64,000 nucleotides of DNA from Atopobium sp. (GTDB taxonomy: Bacteria; Actinomycetota; Coriobacteriia; Coriobacteriales; Atopobiaceae): the NCBI GenBank assembly GCA_015258835.1, contig JABZHN010000002.1:16624-80623 (forward strand), read 5' to 3'. The first letter of the stretch is position 1; the number at the start of each line of letters is the position of its first letter. Both the position numbers and the translations under genes were made by a program. Below the pieces are notes generated by a model, which had not been told where the DNA came from, ran no database searches, and saw only the letters and a list, made by a program, of their open reading frames with translations. Positions 1 to 9,543 of the stretch are shown piece by piece.

Positions 1-821
1 GTTCTAGTTTCAAGTACGTTCTGTGTACCAAACACGCCGGTAAACGCCATGATTACGCCAACCATAATAAGCGGGGCAATAACAAATTTACCAATAAGCG
101 CAATTGCCGTGTCACGGTCAATTCGAATGCTCGAGAGTCCCGTCTCCTGCAAAATAATGCCAATGTAAATCAGCGAAAGTGGCGTTACTAGGTTGCCTAA
201 ATACGTAAGACCAGTGTTTACAACTGCTGGAACAGGGATGTTGAACACGAGAAAAACGAGGGCTACTAAGAAACCAAGCAATGGTGGTGGTAACAACTTG
301 CTGATATTGAATTTGTGCCTAGCTGCGTTGTTTTTCTCGCCATCATTTTCTGTTGGCATTGGATCACCGTAAATGAAGAAGATTCCAATTGCCCAGGTAG
401 AAATGGTGTTCATGATGTAGTACACCAAGAAGTACGGTACGGCATGCTCGCCAAAGAGCGCAAGATTAAGTGGCATACCAATGAAGATGGTGTTGGCATT
501 TGCAAAGGTATTGAGCATCAAGCCTCGGCGACCTGGTTGGACGCGGAAAACGTTGATAACCAAAAACCCTACGACATAAGACAAAGCAAAGCTAATTGCT
601 GCGATAAGCACCGAGGGACCAAGCTGGAGCAGCTGATTGAGAGACAAGTTTTTTAGTACCGCTACAAAAATAGAGGAAGGAAGCGCCACATTCATGATGA
701 GCTTAGATGCTTGACCAGCGAATGTCTCGTTGAGCCAGTTAATCTTCCTCAGTACATAACCCAGCACAATGATCAAAATGATGGGCAATACATTTTGTAG
801 CGATGTCAAAAAGACAGACAT
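1..821 (-). CDS. mleP: Malate permease / auxin-efflux-carrier family transporter, partial; N-terminal part only, continues beyond the window start
   Basis: The reverse-strand ORF starts at ATG 821..819, 1 nt after the mleS stop. Its translation MSVFLTSLQNVLPIILIIVLGYVLRKINWL...IFIGMPLNLALFG is polytopic membrane protein of the AEC/MleP type. It is missing from the ORF track because it runs off the window edge. Confidence 0.7.
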   Translation of the reverse strand, partial: MSVFLTSLQNVLPIILIIVLGYVLRKINWLNETFAGQASKLIMNVALPSSIFVAVLKNLSLNQLLQLGPSVLIAAISFALSYVVGFLVINVFRVQPGRRGLMLNTFANANTIFIGMPLNLALFGEHAVPYFLVYYIMNTISTWAIGIFFIYGDPMPTENDGEKNNAARHKFNISKLLPPPLLGFLVALVFLVFNIPVPAVVNTGLTYLGNLVTPLSLIYIGIILQETGLSSIRIDRDTAIALIGKFVIAPLIMVGVIMAFTGVFGTQNVLETR

Positions 822-822
822 A

Positions 823-2463
823 CTATGCCTCTAACTCTTTGTAGACAGGGAACCACTTAAGGGCGTCAACTGCCTCTTTTGCATCGGCAATTGGCTCGCG
901 GTTCAGACCCTGCCTAATTGCCTCCCCTGCAACGCCAACAGCAATACGCTCGGAGAACTCGGTAATCTTGGAGACTGGAGGAAGAATTGCCGCACCAGGC
1001 TTTGTGGTATCGACGATTCCACCAAGCGAGTGAGCTGCCAGGGAAATCATCTGGTCTGTGAGTAGGCGAGCCTTTGATGCAAGTGCGCCAAGTCCAAGGC
1101 CTGGGTAAATCAGCGCGTTGTTTGCCTGGCCAATCTGGTAGGTTACGCCGCCGAGCTCCACGTCATCGGATGGGACGCCGCAGGCTACAAGTGCACGACC
1201 ATCGGTCCAGGTCAGCAGGTCTTGGGCGGTTGCCTCCGCAAGTTTAGTTGGGTTGGACAGAGGGAAGACCATGGGGCGCTCGCAATGAGCTGCCATCTCA
1301 CGAATGATCTCCTCGGTGAAGGCGCCGTGAACGGTAGAGGTGCCAACCATGATTGTTGGGTGGACCGTCTTTACAACGGCCGCTAGGTTGGTGAGCTCAT
1401 CTGCGTTTGCGAACTCAGAACGCTTGCGAGCAAATGGCTTCTGCTGTGGAGTGAGGTTGTCCATATCGTCGAAGAGCAAGCCCTGACGATCTACCAGGTA
1501 GAAGCGCTTGCGAGCCTCTTCACGGTCCATTCCCTGATCCACAAATTCCTGAAGCACACGATCAGCGATGCCGCAACCAGCAGTTCCTGCGCCAAAGCAG
1601 AGATATACCTGGTCGACGAGTTTCTCGCCAGAAATATTGAGGCCGCCGAGGATGCCTGCAAGGGTAACAATACCAGTGCCCTCGACGTCGTCGTTGAAGA
1701 CAGGGTAGGTGTTCTTGTAGCGGTCCAGGATTGCTGCAGCGTGCGAGCGGCCGAAGTCCTCGAAGTGCAGGTAGAGGTTAGGGAAGAGCCTCTCGACGGT
1801 GGTTACAAAGTTGTCAATGAATGCGTTATAGCGATCTTCATCAACGCGCTTGTGGCGTTCGCCCAGGTATAGCGGGTCATCGAGAAGTTCCTGGCGGTTG
1901 GTGCCAGCATCAATAACAATAGGCATGATGCGGTTTGGATCAACGCCAGCTGCAGCGGTGTAAACCATGAGTTTACCGACGGAAATCTCGACACCGTTGG
2001 TGCCCCAGTCGCCAATACCCAGGATTGCTTCTGCGTCGGTGACGACAATCAGGTCGATGTCTCTACCTGCGGCTGCGTTCTTCAGCGAGGTTTCAAGGTC
2101 TTCAGGACGATCGACTGACAGGAAGCATGCATACTGCGGATCGACATAGCGCTGGGAGTACTGCTCAATATCCGGAGCAATAGTTGGGTCGTAGACAATA
2201 GGCATGAACTCTTCAACATGCTTGGAGAACAGGTTGTAGAACAGCGTGCGGTTCTCGGAGAAAAGCCTCATGAGATAGTGACGCTTTGTCTCGAGGTCAG
2301 GATATTGCTGGAAAAGCACGTATGCCTGCTCAGCTTGCTCCTCGATAGTCTGAATGTTTGGAGGTAGAAGTCCTACTAAGCCATATTTCTGGCGTTCCTC
2401 CTGCGTAAAAGCAGTTCCCTTGTTCAAAAATGGATCATTCAGTAGTTCAAAACCCGTCTTCAT
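823..2463 (-). CDS. mleS: NAD-dependent malic / malolactic enzyme
   Basis: 546 aa ([20 protein letters not shown]...) with malic-enzyme family signatures. It is immediately followed on the same strand by a permease gene, the mleS-mleP arrangement. Confidence 0.85.
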   Translation of the reverse strand: MKTGFELLNDPFLNKGTAFTQEERQKYGLVGLLPPNIQTIEEQAEQAYVLFQQYPDLETKRHYLMRLFSENRTLFYNLFSKHVEEFMPIVYDPTIAPDIEQYSQRYVDPQYACFLSVDRPEDLETSLKNAAAGRDIDLIVVTDAEAILGIGDWGTNGVEISVGKLMVYTAAAGVDPNRIMPIVIDAGTNRQELLDDPLYLGERHKRVDEDRYNAFIDNFVTTVERLFPNLYLHFEDFGRSHAAAILDRYKNTYPVFNDDVEGTGIVTLAGILGGLNISGEKLVDQVYLCFGAGTAGCGIADRVLQEFVDQGMDREEARKRFYLVDRQGLLFDDMDNLTPQQKPFARKRSEFANADELTNLAAVVKTVHPTIMVGTSTVHGAFTEEIIREMAAHCERPMVFPLSNPTKLAEATAQDLLTWTDGRALVACGVPSDDVELGGVTYQIGQANNALIYPGLGLGALASKARLLTDQMISLAAHSLGGIVDTTKPGAAILPPVSKITEFSERIAVGVAGEAIRQGLNREPIADAKEAVDALKWFPVYKELEA

Positions 2464-2662
2464 GATGCCTCCTTAGTGCATCAGCTTTAATAGTCGCCGT
2501 ACTTGGCACAGATAGAATATGTTTTCTATCTGCGATAACAATACCCATATTCTGTTACGTATTTACGAGAATTAGAAGAAATCTCCTTCTTTTTTTGAAA
2601 AGATTTTCTTACTAAACATATATGTTCACCTGTGCATATATAAATTTGGTTAAACTGACAAG

Positions 2663-2701
2663 GTGATGTTTTCAAATCCCAAAGTGATGTTTTCAAATCC
2701 C
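2663..2701. repeat. Tandem direct repeat, 2 x 18 bp GTGATGTTTTCAAATCCC separated by 3 nt, about 200 bp upstream of mleS
   Basis: Exact duplication seen directly in the sequence. A second 13-bp direct repeat AACTGCGGTTTTG occurs at 2748 and 2841, and a 9-bp-stem hairpin CAGATAGAA-N6-TTCTATCTG lies at 2509..2532. Confidence 0.8.
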
Positions 2702-3093
2702 TTTGTAAGAATCGTTTTAACGGAGAAATGTAAGTCAGATAAATGCCAACTGCGGTTTTGCTGAGCGCTTGTCATGCAGGTGGTAAAAAATACGTTTAGT
2801 TGGAATATGCAGTAGCGATTAGTTTTTATGCAAGCCATTTAACTGCGGTTTTGTTACGGATAAAAATAGCAAAATATGGACACTTTTTGTCACCTGCGCA
2901 AACGCAAGTTAGGAATTACCGTGATTGCGATTGGACTTCCAACTAAACGGATTTTTTACCCAAAATAGGGGTTGAATTTTGGTGAGTCAAATTTTTGATA
3001 CAAAACTCCGCATAAATAAGGTGGAATATGCAATTTTCTCAGGGATTGGATGTTGCTCGGTCAATTGGATAGCGGCCAGCCCTCAAAGTGACG

Positions 3094-3924
3094 TTATTTC
3101 ACTACAACAGCACCTTCAGGAAGCGTAATATCCGCATCAGTTGCAATTAAGAGATTGTTACCTGGGGTTTTAGGAGTATCAGGCCACTCGGGCACATACG
3201 CGACGTGCGCAAACTCCTGCGCAAAGACGTTTGCCACCTGGGGGAGTAGTGTAGACCCGTGGCCTTCCAGCGGGCAGCGAACATCGGCCAGATACACCCC
3301 GCCAGCTGCAAGTTTTTCTTTAACCACTTGCGCGCCAGTCGCTGTTCCCAGAGGCCCAAGTGATTTTCGACCAGCAAACACTTCGTTTACCAGCACGTCA
3401 ATGCTGCTAGCATCTGCATCCTGCAGAACCTTCCAGGCGTCGTTCTCGACAATACGTAGCTCACTTGAAGCCGCAGCTAGAGCCTCGTCCAGAAAGAAAT
3501 GCTCGCGCGCAAGCGAGACTATCTTTGGATCAATCTCAATCGCGTCAATTACGCCGCCGGTCATGTGCGTAGCCAGGTGTTTTGGCAGCGAGAAACCTCC
3601 GCCGCCCATGACTACAACGTGACCCCGAGCAGATACCTGCTGGATAACCTTCGCCATCATGCGGTGATAGTGGACGCAGAGCTCAAAGCGCAGCTCAGGC
3701 GCAATGTAGCTCACGGACTGGAAGGTGCCATTAACGTTGAGCAGCCTAATGGGCGTACCGTCGGCGTCCTCGGAGTCAAAAATCATCGTGAGGCCAAATT
3801 TTGTACGCGTCACAAAAACGCCTCGAGCGCGCAGAATTAACAGAAATAGCTGGTAAATGCCAATAATGGCAAGCCCCGCTACGGTCGACCAGATAAAAAA
3901 TGTCCAAAAATCATGTAAGACCAT
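3094..3924 (-). CDS. Membrane-anchored spermidine-synthase-like (aminopropyl/methyltransferase fold) protein
   Basis: 276 aa. The N-terminus has a TM helix. Motifs are VVVMGGGGFSLPK (a degenerate form of the SpeE GGGDGG motif) and IEIDPKIV. The catalytic Asp appears replaced, so the function is uncertain. Confidence 0.5.
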   Translation of the reverse strand: MVLHDFWTFFIWSTVAGLAIIGIYQLFLLILRARGVFVTRTKFGLTMIFDSEDADGTPIRLLNVNGTFQSVSYIAPELRFELCVHYHRMMAKVIQQVSARGHVVVMGGGGFSLPKHLATHMTGGVIDAIEIDPKIVSLAREHFFLDEALAAASSELRIVENDAWKVLQDADASSIDVLVNEVFAGRKSLGPLGTATGAQVVKEKLAAGGVYLADVRCPLEGHGSTLLPQVANVFAQEFAHVAYVPEWPDTPKTPGNNLLIATDADITLPEGAVVVK

Positions 3925-4020
3925 GTTAATTCCTTGTTAGTAAGGTTTCCCTCGGTTATACTAGCCGATACGGCGTTTTTTCTGAACGCTTTTACAGGAA
4001 AAGATTTTCTGGGGGTTTAT

Positions 4021-4230
4021 ATGATTTTAGGACTTGGTATTCCTGAGCTTCTGATTATTGTTGTTATCGTCATGGTTCTCTTTGGACCTAAGAACCTTCC
4101 AAAGCTCGGCAAGGCTGTCGGCGAGACCGTCAAGAGCGTTCGTGAGGGCATGGAGTCTGAGACCAAGGAAGAAGCCAAGGAGCCAGAGGCTGAGCTCGTT
4201 GAGGACGAAGAGTCCAAAAAGGCTGAGTAA
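4021..4230 (+). CDS. tatA: Twin-arginine translocase subunit TatA/E
   Basis: The internal ATG of ORF 3934..4230 gives MILGLGIPELLIIVVIVMVLFGPKNLPKLGKAVGETVKSVREG... plus an acidic tail, a classic TatA. Confidence 0.85.
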   Translation: MILGLGIPELLIIVVIVMVLFGPKNLPKLGKAVGETVKSVREGMESETKEEAKEPEAELVEDEESKKAE

Positions 4231-4280
4231 CCCCATCTCACACGTATAGACCTACTTGACCCATCAACAGAAAGAACACG

Positions 4281-4760
4281 ATGGACACTACTAAAGAGAT
4301 TGTACTTACCCCAGAAGGCCGTCAGAAGCTTGTCGATGAGCTGGCTTATCGTGAGGGCGAGAAACACGACGAGATTGTTGAGCGCATCAAAGAGGCTCGT
4401 GGTTTTGGTGACCTTTCTGAGAACTCCGAGTATGACGCTGCAAAAGAAGAGCAGTCTCACAACGAGTCCCGCATCAACGAGATTCGCCAGATTCTCTCTG
4501 TCGCAAAGGTTGTCGAGGGCGGCAGCAAGCGCAACGTCACCGTTGCAATCGGCACAACCGTCGAGCTTGCTGATGCAAAAGGCAAGACAACTAAATATGT
4601 AATTGTTGGTACTACTGAGACTAACTCCCTTGAGCACAAGATCTCTAACGAGTCCCCAGCTGGCGAGGCTCTTATTGGTCATAAGAAGGGCGACGAGGTT
4701 GAGTTCACCACGCCAAACGGCAAGGTGAAGAAGTACACCATTACCTCTATTACTCGCTAG
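4281..4760 (+). CDS. greA: Transcription elongation factor GreA
   Basis: 159 aa with the N-terminal coiled-coil and C-terminal FKBP-like domain pattern (…GDLSENSEYDAAKEEQ…). Confidence 0.9.
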   Translation: MDTTKEIVLTPEGRQKLVDELAYREGEKHDEIVERIKEARGFGDLSENSEYDAAKEEQSHNESRINEIRQILSVAKVVEGGSKRNVTVAIGTTVELADAKGKTTKYVIVGTTETNSLEHKISNESPAGEALIGHKKGDEVEFTTPNGKVKKYTITSITR

Positions 4761-4781
4761 ACTGGCACAAAAGATTTTGGT

Positions 4782-4815
4782 CGCCCCGTGTCCGTCTGGC
4801 GCGGGGCGTTTTTAC
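4782..4815 (+). terminator. Rho-independent terminator after greA
   Basis: GC hairpin CGCCCCG…CGGGGCG followed by TTTTT. Confidence 0.7.
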
Positions 4816-4826
4816 GTGGAGGATAC

Positions 4827-6407
4827 ATGTCCGAAGTAGAGAACAACATCGCTGGTAGCTCGGCCGCCGCTGACGCAACCGCCGCCGAGAACGTCGACGC
4901 AACCGAGGTCACCCCAGAGGCTTCCATCAACGACGAGCGTGCTCAGCGCCGTTCCCGTCGCCAGGCGCTCATCGACACTGGCATTGACCCATACCCAATC
5001 AAGTCCACCGTCACCGCTCACGTCGCTGAGCTGGAGGAGCGCTATGCTGACCTCGAGGACGGCCAGACTGGCGAGGAAGTCTATTCCGTGGCCGGCCGCG
5101 TCCGTGCCATCCGCAACCAGGGCAAGATCGCGTTTGTCGTGGTAGAGGACTTCACCGGCCAGATTCAGCTTTTCTGTCGCATCAACAACCTTGACGAGAA
5201 GAACTGGGAGCTCCTGGGTCTTCTCGACCTTGGCGACATCATCGGCGCAACCGGCGCCATCATGCGTACGCGCCGTGGCCAGCTTTCCCTGGCAGTCACC
5301 TCGCTGGAGGTCCTCTCCAAGTCGCTGCGTCCTCTGCCTGAGAAGTTCCACGGCCTCACCGACCGCGAGGTTCGTTATCGTCAGCGCTATGTTGACCTCA
5401 TCATGAACCCCGAGGTCCGCGACGTGTTTCGCAAGCGCTCCCAGATCATCTCCATCATCCGCCAGTTCATGGAGGCGGACGGTTACATGGAGGTTGAGAC
5501 CCCTGTTCTTCAGGAGATTCTTGGCGGCGCAAACGCAAAGCCATTCATCACGCACTACAACGCTCTGAACACCGAGAACTACCTGCGCATTGCAACCGAG
5601 CTTCCGCTGAAGCGCCTGCTTGTCGGCGGTCTTGAGCGCGTCTACGAGCTTGGTCGCCAGTTCAGGAACGAGGGCACCGACCTCACGCACAACCCAGAGT
5701 TCACTTCCATGGAGGCATACGCCGCCTACTCTGACCTGGCCGGCATGCGCGAGCTGTCCCAGAACCTCTTCCAGGAGATTGCCCGCAAGGCCTGCGACTG
5801 CGAGGAGGGCCACGAGGTCATCACCTATCAGGGCACCGAGGTTGACCTTTCCGGCAACTGGCGCGTCGCATCTCTGGCAGAGATTGCGTCCGAGGTCACT
5901 GGCGAGGAGCTCTCCATTGACACTCCTGTCGAGAAACTCCGTGCTGTCCTGGACCGCTACGAGATTGAGTGGAACCCAGAGTGGCAGGCCGGCAAGCTGC
6001 TGTTTGAGATCTACGACGAGCTTGGCGAGAAGAGCATCGTAAACCCAACCTTTGTCTGCGATTATCCTGCAGAGGTTTCTCCGCTCACCAAGCGCAAGGC
6101 AGACGATCCTCGCCTGACCGACCGCTTTGAGCTCATTATCTGCGGCGCCGAGTACGCAAACGCATATTCCGAGCTCAATGACCCTGTTGACCAGGAGGAG
6201 CGCTTTGCCGCCCAGATGGAGGCCAAGCGCCAGGGCGACGAAGAGGCTATGGAGTACGATTACGACTTCATCCGCGCACTTGAGTACGGCATGCCACCAG
6301 CGGGCGGCATCGGCTACGGCATTGACCGCATGATGATGCTCTTCTGCGATCAGCCTTCTATCCGTGACGTCCTTCTCTTCCCACAGCTCAAGCCTGAGAA
6401 ACGCTAA
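4827..6407 (+). CDS. lysS: Lysyl-tRNA synthetase (class II)
   Basis: Class II aaRS motifs (…FELIICGAEYANAYSELNDP…). The start is placed at ATG 4827, which is preceded by GGAGG and lies downstream of the greA terminator. ORF-track start 4788 is rejected because it lies inside the terminator. Confidence 0.9.
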   Translation: MSEVENNIAGSSAAADATAAENVDATEVTPEASINDERAQRRSRRQALIDTGIDPYPIKSTVTAHVAELEERYADLEDGQTGEEVYSVAGRVRAIRNQGKIAFVVVEDFTGQIQLFCRINNLDEKNWELLGLLDLGDIIGATGAIMRTRRGQLSLAVTSLEVLSKSLRPLPEKFHGLTDREVRYRQRYVDLIMNPEVRDVFRKRSQIISIIRQFMEADGYMEVETPVLQEILGGANAKPFITHYNALNTENYLRIATELPLKRLLVGGLERVYELGRQFRNEGTDLTHNPEFTSMEAYAAYSDLAGMRELSQNLFQEIARKACDCEEGHEVITYQGTEVDLSGNWRVASLAEIASEVTGEELSIDTPVEKLRAVLDRYEIEWNPEWQAGKLLFEIYDELGEKSIVNPTFVCDYPAEVSPLTKRKADDPRLTDRFELIICGAEYANAYSELNDPVDQEERFAAQMEAKRQGDEEAMEYDYDFIRALEYGMPPAGGIGYGIDRMMMLFCDQPSIRDVLLFPQLKPEKR

Positions 6408-6453
6408 GAGCTTGGAAGCATAGCTGCCTAGGCGCAGTACACAAACGTATCAG

Positions 6454-6489
6454 CCCGGTATCTGCTTGTTGCAGGTACCGGGCTTTTTG
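6454..6489 (+). terminator. Rho-independent terminator after lysS; member of a conserved hairpin family
   Basis: CCCGGTATCTGC-ttgtt-GCAGGTACCGGG followed by CTTTTT. Near-identical hairpins occur at 22373 and 36925. Confidence 0.75.
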
Positions 6490-6690
6490 TGCGACGACGC
6501 CGTGAAGCTCGCTGCGGAGACTGGGCCTCGGAGCTTGCGGAAGCGCGGTCTTCTCGGCAACGCGGGTTTCTCGCCAGGCGTTTGTGTGGTTCGTACGGAG
6601 GAGAAAAATCCAACGCGAGTCGTATGTTTGCAGAGCCTTCTGATGGGTATAAATCAGAAATATATAGAGAGTTTTGAGAGGTTTCAGCAC

Positions 6691-9321
6691 ATGTTTGATA
6701 AATTCACTGACAGAGCGCGTAAAGTCATGAGCTTGGCTCAGGACGAGGCTCGCGGTCTTGGCCAGATGTATGTCGGTACCGAGCACCTGCTACTTGCTCT
6801 CATCAAAGAGGGGGAGGGCATTGCTGCTCAGGCGTTGGCTAAGCTGGAGGTCTCGTATGATGAGGCCCTAGCAACTGTAAAAGAGCTCACCACGGGCGCA
6901 GGAGACCCTATTCCTGGCGGCCACATTCCGTTTACTCCGCGCGCAAAACGCGTGCTAGAGGACGCGTACAGAGAAACCATGACCCACGGTCAAAGCTATA
7001 TTGCAACAGAACATCTGCTCTTGGGTATTGTGTCCGAGGGTAACGGTCGTGCTATGGATGCCCTGCGTACTATGGGTGTCTCGGGCGACGCCGTAAGAAA
7101 CGCCGTTGATGAGCTGGTTGCCCAGACTCCAGAAGATGCACCAGCTGGTCCTCGTATGGCAGAGCCTCGTATTGAGGGTGGCATCTTTGGCATGCCTGTT
7201 GGCGCTGGTCAGATGCGTCCTAACGCAAACGACGACGCTTCCATGTTAGAGCAGTTTGGCCGCAACCTTACTAAGCTTGCTGCAGATAAAAAGCTTGACC
7301 CTGTCATTGGCCGTGACCGCGAGATTGAGCGTGTCATGCAGGTTCTTGCCCGCCGCCAGAAGAACAACCCACTTATCCTGGGAGATCCTGGCGTTGGTAA
7401 GACCGCCATTGTTGAGGGTTTGGCTCAGCTCATTGCTTCTGGCAACGTTCCTGACATTCTGCGCGGAAAGCAGGTCTGGACGCTTGACCTAGCAAGTCTG
7501 GTAGCTGGTTCCAAGTATCGCGGTGAGTTCGAGGACCGCATGAAGAAGGTTGTTGCTGAGCTGGAGAAATCCAAGAATGACATCCTCTTCATTGATGAGA
7601 TTCACACCGTCATTGGCGCAGGTTCTGCAGAAGGCTCCATCGACGCCGCATCTATCCTTAAGCCACCGCTGTCTCGTGGAGAAATCCAGGTCATCGGTGC
7701 AACTACGGCAGAAGAGTACCGTAAACATGTCGAGAAGGACGCTGCATTTGAGAGGCGTTTCCAGCCTGTCAACATCGGCGAGCCAAACAACGACGACACC
7801 ATTTCTATCATCCACGGTCTTCAGGACCGCTACGAGAAGCACCACCACGTCCACTACACCGAGGCTGCTATCAAGGCTGCCGTTGCGCTTTCAAGCCGCT
7901 ACATCCAGGACCGCTTCCTGCCAGACAAGGCAATTGACGTCCTCGATGAGGCTGGCGCCCGCGCACGCATCCACAAGATGAGCCTTCCACCAGAGATTGC
8001 CCAGGTAGACGCAGACCTTCTCCGCGTTCGTACCCAGAAATCCGAGGCAGCAAGCGCTCAAGAGTTTGAGCAGGCAGCTCGTCTGCGCGACCAGGAGAAA
8101 TCTCTGGTAGCAGAGAGGGATCGCCTGGAGACTGAGTGGCGCGAGCAGCTGGACAAGAACATTGTTACCGTTGACGAGGACGATATTGCAAAGGTTGTCT
8201 CTGGTATCACCGGCGTTCCTGTCTCTAACCTTACCGAGACTGAGGCTTCAAGGCTGCTTCGTACAGAAGACATCCTTCACCAGCGCGTTGTTGGTCAGGA
8301 TGAGGCTGTTGTTAAGGTTGCAAAGGCAATCCGCAGAAGCCGCAGCCCTCTCAAAGACCCAAAGCGTCCTGGCGGTTCCTTCATCTTCTTAGGACCTTCC
8401 GGCGTAGGTAAGACTGAGCTTGCAAAGGCCCTGGCAGAGTTCCTGTTTGGCTCTGAAGACGCCCTGCTTTCATACGACATGTCCGAGTACATGGAGCGCC
8501 ACACTGTAGCTAAGCTGGTTGGCGCACCTCCAGGATACGTGGGCTACGATGAGGGCGGCGAGCTTACCAAGGCTGTCCGCAGGCGTCCGTACTCTGTCCT
8601 GCTCTTTGATGAGATTGAGAAGGCACATCCAGACGTCTTCAACATCTTGCTACAGATTCTGGATGAAGGTCGTTTGACTGACGGTCAAGGCCGTCACGTG
8701 GACTTCTCCAATACGGTTGTTATCATGACATCCAACATTGGCGCTCGCGAGATTGCCCGCACCAATACTATGGGCTTCTCGTCAGAAGGCTCTAAGGGAC
8801 TCTCCGACAAAGAGATTACTAGCCGTGTTATGTCCGAGCTCAAGCGTGGATTCCGTCCAGAGTTCTTGAACCGTGTGGACGAGATTGTTGTCTTCAAGTC
8901 GCTCTCTACCGAGCAGCTTCGTGGCATTGTTGACCTCATGGTTCTTGAGCTGCGCGATCGCCTGATTGCCAACGGCATGTCCATTGAGCTCACCGAGGCT
9001 GCAAAGGATCTGATTGCCAAAGACGGAACCGACCCTGTCTACGGCGCCCGTCCGCTGCGCCGCACCATTCAGTCGATGATTGAAGACCCACTGTCTGAGG
9101 AGCTTCTCTCTGGCCAGTGGACCGCAGGCGACATTGTTGCTGTTGATGTTGATGCTGAGGGTAAGAAGCTTGTGTTCACCAAGACCACGGGCGTCATCCC
9201 TGAGCCTCGCAAGAAAGAGACAATGGCGCAGCTTGATCAGATGGATGTCAGCATGGGACCATCCTCTCTGCCACAGGGTAGCGCAGGCGGCTCGTCCGAC
9301 CTGATGTCCTCCGCTGAGTAA
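6691..9321 (+). CDS. clpC: ATP-dependent Clp protease ATP-binding subunit ClpC (AAA+, two NBDs)
   Basis: [23 protein letters not shown]… is the Clp N-domain, with two Walker A sites ([16 protein letters not shown]) and the UVR-like linker. The true start is ATG 6691, which is codon 76 of ORF 6466..9321. Confidence 0.9.
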   Translation: MFDKFTDRARKVMSLAQDEARGLGQMYVGTEHLLLALIKEGEGIAAQALAKLEVSYDEALATVKELTTGAGDPIPGGHIPFTPRAKRVLEDAYRETMTHGQSYIATEHLLLGIVSEGNGRAMDALRTMGVSGDAVRNAVDELVAQTPEDAPAGPRMAEPRIEGGIFGMPVGAGQMRPNANDDASMLEQFGRNLTKLAADKKLDPVIGRDREIERVMQVLARRQKNNPLILGDPGVGKTAIVEGLAQLIASGNVPDILRGKQVWTLDLASLVAGSKYRGEFEDRMKKVVAELEKSKNDILFIDEIHTVIGAGSAEGSIDAASILKPPLSRGEIQVIGATTAEEYRKHVEKDAAFERRFQPVNIGEPNNDDTISIIHGLQDRYEKHHHVHYTEAAIKAAVALSSRYIQDRFLPDKAIDVLDEAGARARIHKMSLPPEIAQVDADLLRVRTQKSEAASAQEFEQAARLRDQEKSLVAERDRLETEWREQLDKNIVTVDEDDIAKVVSGITGVPVSNLTETEASRLLRTEDILHQRVVGQDEAVVKVAKAIRRSRSPLKDPKRPGGSFIFLGPSGVGKTELAKALAEFLFGSEDALLSYDMSEYMERHTVAKLVGAPPGYVGYDEGGELTKAVRRRPYSVLLFDEIEKAHPDVFNILLQILDEGRLTDGQGRHVDFSNTVVIMTSNIGAREIARTNTMGFSSEGSKGLSDKEITSRVMSELKRGFRPEFLNRVDEIVVFKSLSTEQLRGIVDLMVLELRDRLIANGMSIELTEAAKDLIAKDGTDPVYGARPLRRTIQSMIEDPLSEELLSGQWTAGDIVAVDVDAEGKKLVFTKTTGVIPEPRKKETMAQLDQMDVSMGPSSLPQGSAGGSSDLMSSAE

Positions 9322-9330
9322 GCAAGTTCC

Positions 9331-9359
9331 GACCCGAGGTTCTGCCTCGGGTCTTTTTG
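9331..9359 (+). terminator. Rho-independent terminator after clpC
   Basis: GACCCGAGG-ttctg-CCTCGGGTC followed by TTTTT. Confidence 0.75.
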
Positions 9360-9543
9360 TATCGCAGCTAAAACGTACAGTTCTCTTGGTAGAAGCTCTT
9401 GGCGAGAAACCCGTCTTCTCCAAACCGTCACTACACGCACCGGCAACAAAACCGTATACTTGAAATGTTGAAACAAATTGAAGCCGTAAACGTACCAGAT
9501 CGCAAAACGCAGCCTGTAAGCTGCAAGTAATTGAGGGAGAGCC

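Noticed and set aside
315-656. 113-aa ORF on the + strand
   Set aside because: It lies antisense inside the much better-supported partial permease gene on the minus strand (mleP, 1..821). It has no RBS and an odd Cys/Trp-rich composition.
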